64,000 bases of DNA from Lachnospiraceae bacterium (GTDB lineage: Bacteria; Bacillota; Clostridia; Lachnospirales; Lachnospiraceae): assembly GCA_024680815.1 (NCBI GenBank), contig JAILBQ010000111.1, forward strand, positions 8,600 through 72,599, in the 5' to 3' direction. The position numbers and the translations under genes are program-made. Under the pieces are notes generated by a model that was not told the DNA's origin, searched no databases, and saw nothing but the letters and a program-made list of their open reading frames with translations. Position 1 is the first letter of the stretch. Every line of letters begins with the position of its first letter. Below are positions 17,429-26,655 of this stretch, piece after piece.

Positions 17429-20400
17429 AGTTTTTCGGAAAAATCAAAGAACGCATTTTCGGATACCTTTATGATTCGTCGATCTATGTAAAGGACAGAA
17501 CCTTTGTGCTCTTTATCATCGCCGAGCTTGAGGCGCTCTTTGTCCAGTCACTGATCAGCATGTTTTTAGGCGAGTCCCGTTCCAACTCAATGATAACATT
17601 GGCCGGTGTCGTTATCGGTGCCATGCTGATGCTGTTACTGATAAAAAAAGACAAGATCAGGACTGCCAGAATCGTGGTCACACTGATACTTGTATGTGCC
17701 CTGCGTCCCGTGCTGTTTTTCGCGAAAGGAGGAATCAACAACGGCACGCTGATTATGTTTCTTCTGGGAAGCTACTATCTGGTGCTGGTTCTGGACGGTG
17801 TCTTCAGGGTCGTTATGTGTCTGCTGGATACAACCGTTCTTATCGCCTGCGGGATCATGGCCTACTACCATCCGGTGCTTCTGGCCGATTATTCACGAAA
17901 AGGAAATTACGTCCATTCATTCATTCAATATATCATAACCCTGATCGTGCTTACGGTCCTGATTATTTTCCAGACCAGGATATATCAGAAGGAAGCAAAG
18001 AACGCGGAGGACAAATCGAAGGAGCTGGAGGAGATGAACAGGGCCCAGAACCGCTTTTTCTCCAGTATGAGCCATGAGATACGAACCCCTATAAACACGG
18101 TGCTGGGACTGAACGAGATCATACTCCGCCAGGAGGACGCTTCCGAGGAGATCCGGAGAGACGCAGCCAATATTCAGGGCGCGGGCAAAATGCTGCTTGC
18201 TCTTATAAACGATATCCTTGACATGTCAAAGATCGAGGCCGGAAAGATGGATATCGTGCCGGTGAATTATGATGTGACCTCGCTATTATCGGATATTGTC
18301 AATATGATCTGGCTGAAGGCGGAGGAAAAGGGATTGAAATTTGAGGCTGATATCGATCCCAATGTGCCTGAAGCCCTGTACGGAGATGAAGTCAGAATCA
18401 AGCAGATACTTATAAATCTTCTGAACAATGCCGTCAAATATACCCAGGCAGGCTTTGTGAGCCTCCATATCGAGTGTGAATTTACCGGAACGGATGATGT
18501 GCTGCTTAAAATAAGCGTTTCCGATACCGGAATAGGCATAAAGCCGGAGGCACTGCCGTGTCTTTTTAACACCTTCCAGAGGGTTGATGAGGAAAAAAAC
18601 CGTTATATTGAGGGAACGGGTCTCGGATTGTCGATCGTCAAGCAGCTTGTCGGGCTGATGGACGGGGAGATAACGGTAAACAGTGTTTATACGCAGGGCT
18701 CCACCTTCACCGTCACCTTGAAACAGAAGGTATCCTCGGATAAGCGTATAGGAGATATCAATATCACAAGCTCCGGCCTGCCGGGAACGGGGAAGTATGA
18801 ACACAGCTTCGAGGCGCCGACTGCCAGGATTCTTATAGTTGATGACGACGAGATGAATCTGCAGGTTGAGAAGAAGCTTCTCGGCGAAACCCACATGCAT
18901 GTGGATCTGGCTCTTTCCGGGATCGAGGCACTGGGTCTTACGCTCCGCAACAGATATGACGTTATCCTTATGGACCATCTGATGCCTGAAATGAGCGGAA
19001 TCGAATGCTTTGAGCGGATACGCGCCCAGAAGGGAGGACTGAATCAGAATATACCTGTTATCGTCCTTACCGCCAATGCAGGAGGAGAAAACTTTGAACT
19101 GTACAATAATACGGGCTTTGACGGCTACCTTGTCAAACCGGTATCGGGCCGTCAGCTTGAAAGTATGCTGCTTGCCCATCTTCCTGCCGGGAAGGTTGTA
19201 AGCACCGGAAGCATTGAGATGACAGGCTCCCAGATAAACACCGCGGACAGATATGCGAAAAAGAAACCCGTAGTGATAGCGACCAGCACCATGAGTGACC
19301 TGCCGCAGAATATCATAAAGGAGCTGCAGATCAGCATCATTCCCTACACGGTCATAACAAACGAGGGTGAGTTTTTTGATAATATAGACATGGATTCCGA
19401 AGAGCTTGTACAGTATATGTCGGAAAAGAGCAGACTGGTTACCTCGGAACCGCCGTCGGAGGAGGCGTTGGCCCGGTTCTTCTCCGCGGAATTAAAAAAG
19501 GCCCATCATCTGATCTATATCACACTTACCACCAGCAGCAGCAGGGAATACGCGAGGGCCATAAACGCGGCGAAGACCTTTGACAACGTCACGATAGTTA
19601 ATTCGGAATATCTGTCCAGCTCAACGGGTATTCTTGTCATGGCAGCGGCAAGGCTGGCGGGACAGGGGATGCAGGTTGACAGGATAGTCTCAGAACTCGA
19701 GGAGACCAAAAAATTCATAAGATGCAGCTTTGTGGTAAAGAACGCTGACGTAATGGCAAGACGCGAGCGCATCAGCCCGTTTATGAGCAACATCCTGAAC
19801 ACCTTCTGGCTCCGGCCGATGCTGAGAGTCGTAAACGACAGACTGGGCGTCGGAAGATTCATGTTCGGAAGCAAAATGAAATGCTATGAAAAATACATAA
19901 AACATGCTCTGCCGTCCAATGAAGGAATCGACACTTTATTTGTGTTCGTTACCTATGCGGGTATGGATGAAGAGGATCTTTTATGGATAGAAGAGAAGGT
20001 AAAGGAAAGGGTCAGCTTTGAAAATGTTGTCTTCCAGAAAGCATCGGCCGGAATATCCTCCAACTGCGGGGCGGGAACCTTCGGGCTTCTGTATATGATA
20101 AAGGGCAACAGAAATTATAATTTCGGACCGCTTTTCGCAAAAGAGACAGGGGAGGCCGTGAACCGGGAAGACCTTCCGGAGGAGGAAGAAGCGGATATTG
20201 AGGAGGGCCTGGAAGAGACCTCTCCCGGGGCGGATGAGGGCACGAAGGAGAAAAAATGGTATGAAGACGTTCCGGGAATCGATCCGGAAGAGGCCATAAA
20301 GGTAAGCGGCACGGAGGAAGCTTTTCTGTCGGTGCTTCAGATTTATTATGATTCCTACGCTGCAAAGTCAGAAGAGATCCAGGGGTATTATGATTCGCAG

Positions 20401-20841
20401 GACTGGGAAAATTACACAATCAAGGTACACGCCTTAAAAAGCAGCTCCAGACTTGTGGGCGCAATGAAAATCGGTGAAGATGCCGAAGCGCTGGAAATGG
20501 CGGGGAAGAGGTCGGATATTGATTTCATTACAGACCACCACGACAGCCTCATGGAGGAATACCGCGCCGTGATTGATCAGCTGAAGCCCGTGATGGCAAA
20601 AGCAAAGGAGGATGCTCCGGATATTCCTGAGGATATTCTTTCGGATGCGTATGAAGCGCTTCTGGAATTTTCCGGGGCAATGGATTATGAACTTGTAAAG
20701 ACTGTTCTGGATTCCGTACAGGAATACAAGCTTTCTCCCGGGGATGAGGAACGCTTTGAAAGAGTGAATATATTATTGTCACAGATGGACTGGGATGGTA
20801 TAAAAGAAACTATAAATAACAGGGGGGATTCTGAAGTATGA
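17425..20841 (+). CDS. Hybrid histidine kinase with an internal DegV domain (TM-HisKA-HATPase-REC-DegV-Hpt)
   Basis: [34 protein letters not shown]; DegV-like ATSTMSDLP...IIPYTV...TSEPP...[10 protein letters not shown]...NCGAGTFG (~19261-20100); Hpt IKVHALKSS. Confidence 0.92.
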   Translation: [1138 protein letters not shown]

Positions 20842-21605
20842 AAAAAACAATTCTTATTGTTGCTCCCGCGGAGGGGTTTATCATCAAGGGGCTTGAAACG
20901 AAGCTCCTGGGCATAGGAGTAGAATCCGAATACTCGCCTCCGAAGCTTAAGGAGCTCCAGAACAAATGCTATAAAGGAGATCTTATTATCATCTTTACCG
21001 ATGACAGTGTGGAATCGATAGCCGATGTATTCGTATTTATCAAGGATTTCTGCATAGAAAGGGATAAGCAGGTCATAGTGGTAGGTACGAAAAATGAGTA
21101 TGATGTTCTGAAAGAGTATATAACGGAGGACATAATTGCGGAATTCTTTGAAAGACCTCTGGATATCGGGAGTCTGCTGAACAAAGTGGAGAGCTGTCTG
21201 GAAAAGGGCACGGAACAGGAAAGGAGAAAGAGCATTCTCGTAGTCGATGACGACGTGTCCTATATGAGTATGATAATGGACTGGCTCAAGGATTCCTACA
21301 GGGTTTCTCTGGCAAATTCCGGCATGTCGGCCATCACCTGGCTTGCAAAAAATCGTGCGGATCTTATTCTTCTGGACTACGAAATGCCTATTACAACCGG
21401 TCCGAAGGTTCTTGAAATGCTGAGATCCGATGCGGAGCTGTCCGATATACCGGTTATGTTTCTTACGGGAAAGGGTGATAAGGAAAGCATAATGAAGGTT
21501 CTTGCACTGAAGCCCGTGGGATATCTCCTCAAAACGGTAAAAAAGGAGGAGCTGCGCGGAACCATCAAAAAATTCTTCGTTACACAAACGGTGAAAAGCA
21601 GCTGA
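20838..21605 (+). CDS. Response regulator with a degenerate N-terminal REC-like domain and a C-terminal REC; no DNA-binding domain
   Basis: C-terminal ILVVDDD, ILLDYEMP, VMFLTG; the N-terminal half has a REC-like pattern without the canonical Asp motif. Confidence 0.88.
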   Translation: MKKTILIVAPAEGFIIKGLETKLLGIGVESEYSPPKLKELQNKCYKGDLIIIFTDDSVESIADVFVFIKDFCIERDKQVIVVGTKNEYDVLKEYITEDIIAEFFERPLDIGSLLNKVESCLEKGTEQERRKSILVVDDDVSYMSMIMDWLKDSYRVSLANSGMSAITWLAKNRADLILLDYEMPITTGPKVLEMLRSDAELSDIPVMFLTGKGDKESIMKVLALKPVGYLLKTVKKEELRGTIKKFFVTQTVKSS

Positions 21606-21629
21606 TCGGTAGCCTGGCTGTGGGAGATA

Positions 21630-21638
21630 TGTTATAAT
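21630..21638 (+). promoter_or_regulatory. Extended -10 promoter likely driving the aarF-remnant/ychF/lgt transcript
   Basis: TGTTATAAT is a perfect TGn-TATAAT; the -35 is weak (TAGCCT). Confidence 0.55.
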
Positions 21639-22113
21639 GGCTTCATTCATGCTGCTTCGCTCCCTCATCATGATCGAGGGGGTTATAGAGGAATTATGCC
21701 CCAGGCTTAATCTTTTCGAGCTGCTTTCCACGAAGTTCGTGGATCGGGCGAAGAAGAATTTTGACCTGAAAAAGGAGATTCTGAAGGTGGGAGAGGACGT
21801 GCTCTCACTCGGGAAAAAAGCCGCGCGTATTCCGGCGCTTTGTGCCGACGCCCTTAAGGATATCGTAAAAGGAAATACGAAGATCAATCTTGAGCTTACG
21901 GGGTATGAGGAGTTAGAGCATTCCATCGGCGAAATGGTGAGGAACGTGATCTACGCGGTCTTTGCCTGTGTTATGTTCTACGGCTCCTGTCTTCTGTGCG
22001 CGACGGAAATTGAGCCCAAGGCGGAAAACGGAATGCCGCTGTTAGCCATAGCCGGTTTTCTTTTCTCAATTGCGCTGGGGATATATTCGGTAAAAAGGAT
22101 GTCGAAGAAGTGA
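21637..22113 (+). pseudogene. C-terminal remnant of an AarF/UbiB (ABC1) kinase-family gene
   Basis: MLLRSLIMIEGVIEELCPRLNLFE plus two terminal TM helices match the ABC1-family C-terminus (recalled pattern); an in-frame TAG at ~21610 precludes the kinase core. Confidence 0.65.
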
Positions 22114-22128
22114 GGAGGTTTACATAAT

Positions 22129-23226
22129 TTGCGTCTGGGAATCGTAGGGCTTCCGAATGTCGGAAAAAGCACCTTATTCAATTCATTGACAAAAGCCGGG
22201 GCATCCGCGGAAAATTTCCCGTTCTGTACAATTGATCCCAATGTTGGGGTCGTTAACGTGCCGGACAGCCGGGTGGATACCCTGGGGGAGATGTATCATT
22301 CAAAAAAGGTCACCCATGCCGTGATTGAGTTTGTGGATATCGCCGGGCTTGTAAAGGGAGCGTCGAAGGGAGAGGGACTCGGAAACCAGTTTCTTGCGAA
22401 CATCCGCGAAACCGACGCCATCGTACACGTCGTACGCTGCTTCGAGGATTCCAATGTTGTCCATGTGGACGGCTCGGTCGATCCCCTCCGGGATATAGAG
22501 ACCATAGAGCTGGAGCTTATTTTCGCCGATCTGGAGGTCATCGAAAAGCGGATTGCCAAGGTCGGAAAGTCCGCGAGAATCGATAAAAGCTATGCCGCTG
22601 AAGCCTCACTCCTTGAAAAACTCAAGGCGCTGCTGGAGGACGGAAAGAGCGTAAAAACATATGTACCGGAGGATGAGGAGGAGGAAAAGCTCCTTAAGGG
22701 GCTTTCCCTTTTGACCGCCAAGCCGGTGATTTACGCCGCGAATGTTGCGGAAGAGGAGCTTGCGGAAGACGGAGCGGGGAATCCTTTCCTTAAGTCGGTC
22801 AGGGAATATGCCGCGGCGGAGGGTTCGGAGGTTTTCACGATCTGCGCAAAGATCGAAGCGGAGCTTTCAGACCTGGAGGATGAGGACAGGAAGGCTTTTT
22901 TAGAGGATCTGGGACTTAAGGAATCCGGACTGGACAAACTTGTCCGGGCGAGCTATTCACTGCTGGGGCTCATCTCGTTTCTTACCTGCGGGGAGGACGA
23001 ATCCCGGGCCTGGACAATTAAAAAAGGAACGAAAGCTCCTCAGGCGGCAGGAAAAATCCACACCGATTTTGAACGGGGCTTTATCAAGGCCGAGGTCATT
23101 GCCTACGATGAGCTTATTGCCAACGGTTCCATGAATGCGGCGAAGGAAAAGGGGCTCGTGCGTATGGAGGGAAAGGACTATGTCGTCGGGGACGGCGATG
23201 TTGTGTTATTCAGGTTTAATGTATGA
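22129..23226 (+). CDS. ychF: Redox-regulated ATPase YchF
   Basis: [62 protein letters not shown]; TTG start with SD GAGGAGG. Confidence 0.98.
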   Translation: MRLGIVGLPNVGKSTLFNSLTKAGASAENFPFCTIDPNVGVVNVPDSRVDTLGEMYHSKKVTHAVIEFVDIAGLVKGASKGEGLGNQFLANIRETDAIVHVVRCFEDSNVVHVDGSVDPLRDIETIELELIFADLEVIEKRIAKVGKSARIDKSYAAEASLLEKLKALLEDGKSVKTYVPEDEEEEKLLKGLSLLTAKPVIYAANVAEEELAEDGAGNPFLKSVREYAAAEGSEVFTICAKIEAELSDLEDEDRKAFLEDLGLKESGLDKLVRASYSLLGLISFLTCGEDESRAWTIKKGTKAPQAAGKIHTDFERGFIKAEVIAYDELIANGSMNAAKEKGLVRMEGKDYVVGDGDVVLFRFNV

Positions 23227-24101
23227 TGGGAGATAAGGATATAGCGTTTCCCCATTTGAATATTTATCTGACGAATGTGCCGAAGACGTTTTCGGTCTTC
23301 GGCTTTCAGATTGCTCTTTACGGCTGTCTTATAGCCACAGGGATTCTGCTGGGCCTCTGTCTTGCCTCCTATGACCGTAAAAGCCGGGGGCTGGATCCCA
23401 ATCCGGTATGGGACTGTGCGCTGTACGGTATAATTACCGCGATTATCGGAGCGAGAGTCTATTATGTTATTTTTGCCTGGGATTATTATAAGGATAATCT
23501 GCTGTCCATAATCAATCTCCGGCAGGGCGGACTTGCAATCTACGGCGGAGTGATAGCGGCCTTCCTGACGGTGTTTATTGTGGCGCGCTCCCATAAGGAG
23601 CCCGTGCTTGAGCTTTTTGACTCCATTGCCCTGGGGTTTCCCGTGGGTCAGGCAATAGGACGCTGGGGTAATTTTTTCAACCGTGAGGCCTTTGGTGATT
23701 ATACCGACAATCTGCTGGCGATGAGGCTTCCGCTGGCTGCCGTGCGCAGCTGGGAAATCACGGATAAGATGAAGGAGCATATTACGGATGGGGTAAACTA
23801 TATTCAGGTGCATCCCACGTATCTTTACGAGTGCTGCTGGAGCCTCTGCCTCCTGCTCTGCCTGTTCCTCTACAGGAAGCATAAAAAGTTCAGCGGAGAG
23901 GTGTTCTTCCTTTACCTTTTGGGCTACGGGGCAGGAAGAATCTGGATTGAGGCCCTCCGGACGGATCAGCTTAAGCTTCCCGTTATCGGGGTGCCTGTAA
24001 GCCAGGTGGTGGCCGGTGTATGCATCATCGTTTCGCTGACGGTAATAATCTTCTTTCGAATTAAGAAAGGAAGAGAAAAGATAACAGTAACGGGAGAATG
24101 A
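23223..24101 (+). CDS. lgt: Prolipoprotein diacylglyceryl transferase
   Basis: GARVYYV, GGLAIYGG, GQAIGRWGNFFNRE, HPTYLYE, RIWIEALR. Confidence 0.97.
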   Translation: MMGDKDIAFPHLNIYLTNVPKTFSVFGFQIALYGCLIATGILLGLCLASYDRKSRGLDPNPVWDCALYGIITAIIGARVYYVIFAWDYYKDNLLSIINLRQGGLAIYGGVIAAFLTVFIVARSHKEPVLELFDSIALGFPVGQAIGRWGNFFNREAFGDYTDNLLAMRLPLAAVRSWEITDKMKEHITDGVNYIQVHPTYLYECCWSLCLLLCLFLYRKHKKFSGEVFFLYLLGYGAGRIWIEALRTDQLKLPVIGVPVSQVVAGVCIIVSLTVIIFFRIKKGREKITVTGE

Positions 24102-24131
24102 TTTTTATAAATAAATACAGTTCGGGCATAG

Positions 24132-24173
24132 ACACCTGCTGAGAGCGGAGGCTTTTGGCAGGTGTTTTATTTT
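24132..24173 (+). terminator. Intrinsic terminator after lgt
   Basis: ACACCTGC...GCAGGTGT stem followed by TTTATTTT. Confidence 0.8.
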
Positions 24174-24177
24174 ACTG

Positions 24178-24392
24178 TGAAAGTCCCGGCCGGAGGCTGC
24201 CAGGCCGAGCGCTTGCGGTCAGGCCTGAGCAGACATCGGACGGGATGATGTGTATGAGGAAAAAAGCCACACGGTTAGTCATAAGGGGGATCGCGAAGCG
24301 GTGGATCCCTTATGACCGAAGCGTGGGGCGATTTCCGAATGCACATCCAGGATTACGAGAGCAGCGTAGCTGCGAAGTAATCCGCACTTTCA
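24178..24392. ncRNA. Candidate structured ncRNA or ssDNA element (four-way junction); family not assigned
   Basis: P1 TGAAAG/CTTTCA encloses P2 TCCCG/CGGGA, P3 GATGTGTAT/ATGCACATC (with nested GTCATAAG/CTTATGAC) and P4 GGATTAC/GTAATCC; intergenic. Confidence 0.6.
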
Positions 24393-24478
24393 TCATTGGT
24401 GATGTCAGCTTTTGCGGACATGAAAGTTTGGTTATTTTTGACAAAATTTCGGGTGAAAGGATAGTGCATTTTGACTAA

Positions 24479-24563
24479 TTGACATTCAAAGCGTCGAAAG
24501 GTAAAATGTTATCAAGCTGTAATACAGCATACAGCATACGGCTTACCGCTTACAGCATACTGT
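24479..24563 (+). promoter_or_regulatory. Sigma-A promoter plus operator-like array upstream of the cyclase-ABC1 operon
   Basis: TTGACA(24479)-17-TAAAAT(24502); CTGTAATACAG at 24517 and six tandem WTACNGY heptamers at 24522-24563. Confidence 0.85.
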
Positions 24564-24606
24564 TTCGGACTTTTGAAAGAAAAAGAATTAAAAAGGAGGA
24601 CTCCCA

Positions 24607-25287
24607 ATGAAAACATATCTTTCGTACATTCTTGATCCCGACGATCTGGTCTGGCCGGGAGAACCGAATATCGAAGTGACGCACTGTACGGAAATCAAGG
24701 GGGAAAGCAAGTATAATTCCTTCCTTTCCAGTCTTCCGAATCACTGCGGCACGCATTACGACGGCCCCTGGCATTTTAATCCGAACGGAGTAAAGTTCAC
24801 GGAGCTTCCGATAGAGTATTTCTGGTTTGATAAGGTGGCAGTCATCGATGTGCCGAAGAAGCCGGAGGAGGGAGTTGAGCCGAAGGATCTGGAGCCCTTC
24901 AGTGAGGAAATCGATAAGGCCGAGCTTTTGCTTATCAAGACCGGGTTTGCCTTTGTAAGAGAAAAGGAGCCGAAGGTATACCAGAATAACGGGCCGTATC
25001 TCTCACCCGATGTTGCGACTTATATGGTTGAAAATTTCCCCAAGCTCCGCACAGTGGGCTTTGACTTTCTTTCAATCGGTTCGCCCTGCAACAATCTCTC
25101 GGCTGAGACGCACCAGATCCTGCTGGGCTGCCATTCCGACCATTTTATAACGGGTATTGAGGATATGGACTTGAGGCCTCTGTATGAAAACACGGGAAAG
25201 GTTAAGCAGGTCATTGCCGCTCCTCTTCGTATAATCGGTCTGGACAGTTCCCAGGTATGTGTTATCGCAGAGCTGGAAGATAAATAA
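24607..25287 (+). CDS. Cyclase-family metal-dependent hydrolase (KynB/isatin hydrolase-like)
   Basis: PNHCGTHYDGPWHF (HxGTHxDxPxH), VGFDFLSIG, HQILLG, GIEDM; SD AAGGAGG. Confidence 0.92.
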   Translation: MKTYLSYILDPDDLVWPGEPNIEVTHCTEIKGESKYNSFLSSLPNHCGTHYDGPWHFNPNGVKFTELPIEYFWFDKVAVIDVPKKPEEGVEPKDLEPFSEEIDKAELLLIKTGFAFVREKEPKVYQNNGPYLSPDVATYMVENFPKLRTVGFDFLSIGSPCNNLSAETHQILLGCHSDHFITGIEDMDLRPLYENTGKVKQVIAAPLRIIGLDSSQVCVIAELEDK

Positions 25288-25353
25288 AACGAACACCGCA
25301 CCGTGAGGTGAGGAAATAAAAAAAGACAATTAAAAACAATGAAGGAGGTTGAA

Positions 25354-26565
25354 ATGAAACAGAAGGTATTGGCAGCTTTACTTACAGTGGCGATGACAGC
25401 GTCACTTCTTGCAGGTTGTACCGGAGCACCCGCCGGAGCAGCGGCTCCCGCAGCAGAACCGGCAGGCGGAGCGGATGAAGCGGCTGGCGCACCGGCATCC
25501 GACGCCGGAGCATCAGGCGATAAAATCAAGATCGGCTGCTCTATTTGGTCAACAACCGACGCCCTTGGCTCGCAGTGCAAACAGATTCTTGACGCGGCTG
25601 CGGATGCGCTCGGCGCAGAGGTTCAGTATGTTGACACGGGCTTTGTGGCGGATCAGGTTACGGGCTCCGTCGAACAGCTTGCAGCAGCGGGCTGCCAGGG
25701 AATCATAATCTGCAACTCGGCTGATTCGGAAATGGCTTCAGCTCTTCAGACCTGCAATGACAACAATGTTTATCTTGCACAGTTCTTCAGAATCGTTTCT
25801 GAAGAAAACAGCCCTGAAATTTATAAGATGGCTCAGGAATCCCCTTACTTCATCGGCGCGGTTCACGAAGATGAGGTGGAGAACGGAAAGGAACTTATCA
25901 GGATTCTTACCGAAGATAAGGGCTGCAGAGATATAGGTCTTATCGGATGGGTACAGGGCGATGCCACCTGGCTTGGAAGATGGGAAGGCTACAAGCAGGG
26001 AATCGAGGCGTGGAATTCGGCTCATCCCGATGATCCCGCAACCCTTTCGGAGCCTCAGTACGCCGGAACTTCTTCAGACGGCGGACGGAAAGCTGCGGAA
26101 GCTCTTATGTCTGCTGATCCCAACCTGGATGCTCTTATTCCGGCTGGCGGAAACGGAAATCCCCTTTTAGGCACCATCGCTGCAGTTGAAGGAGCAGGCA
26201 AGGTCGGTGAAATCGCCATCGTATCGACTGACTTTATCCCCGAGCTCGGCGAGAGACTTGCGGATGGATCAATGACTGCAGAGTCCGGCGGACATTACTG
26301 CGATCCCCTTATTGCCTTCATGATGGTTTACAACGCAATAAAGGGCAACTATCCGGTAGCGACAGATTCCTTTGAAAACGTGGATTTCCCTTATATCTTC
26401 GTTTCCTCCAAGGAAGACTATGATAATTACGCAAAATACTTTGTAGATGAGCTTCCGTATACGGAAGATGAGCTTAAGGAAATGGCAGAGCTTTCAATGC
26501 CTGAGCTCAAGGAAAAGGCAGCAGCGCTTTCACTTGAAGAAGTGCAGAGCCGTCACGGTAATTAA
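25354..26565 (+). CDS. Sugar ABC transporter substrate-binding lipoprotein (ABC1)
   Basis: Lipobox LLAGC, Ala/Pro linker, periplasmic-binding-protein pattern; SD AAGGAGGT precedes ATG 25354. Confidence 0.88.
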   Translation: MKQKVLAALLTVAMTASLLAGCTGAPAGAAAPAAEPAGGADEAAGAPASDAGASGDKIKIGCSIWSTTDALGSQCKQILDAAADALGAEVQYVDTGFVADQVTGSVEQLAAAGCQGIIICNSADSEMASALQTCNDNNVYLAQFFRIVSEENSPEIYKMAQESPYFIGAVHEDEVENGKELIRILTEDKGCRDIGLIGWVQGDATWLGRWEGYKQGIEAWNSAHPDDPATLSEPQYAGTSSDGGRKAAEALMSADPNLDALIPAGGNGNPLLGTIAAVEGAGKVGEIAIVSTDFIPELGERLADGSMTAESGGHYCDPLIAFMMVYNAIKGNYPVATDSFENVDFPYIFVSSKEDYDNYAKYFVDELPYTEDELKEMAELSMPELKEKAAALSLEEVQSRHGN

Positions 26566-26576
26566 CCGGTAGCTGG

Positions 26577-26607
26577 GAGCCGGCTTTCGTTTCGGCGAGG
26601 CCGGCTC
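26577..26607 (+). terminator. Stem-loop after the SBP gene (partial terminator or mRNA stabiliser)
   Basis: GAGCCGGCTTTCG...CGAGGCCGGCTC. Confidence 0.6.
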
Positions 26608-26655
26608 TCTTCTTAAAATGAACACCCTTCGGGGTGTTACGGTAAAGGAGCACTT

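Noticed and set aside
24177-24230. GAAAGTCC...TGCCAGG resembles RNase P RNA (GAGGAAAGUCC...UGCCAGG)
   Set aside because: The other universal RNase P regions (AGUGCxACAG, GGUGAAA...GGUAAGAG and the 3' P4 strand) are absent.
24177-24392. GTGAAAGTCCC resembles group IIC intron domain I
   Set aside because: No GTGYG 5' end, no domain V/VI and no RT ORF nearby.
24155-24478. 107-aa ORF across the structured element
   Set aside because: TTG start without SD, overlaps a terminator, no recognisable motif; FIIGDVS is not the IS110 GIDVS motif.
24517-24563. Tandem short repeats (also 40028-40073) as a possible CRISPR array
   Set aside because: 7-10-bp units without spacers and no cas genes; better explained as operators.
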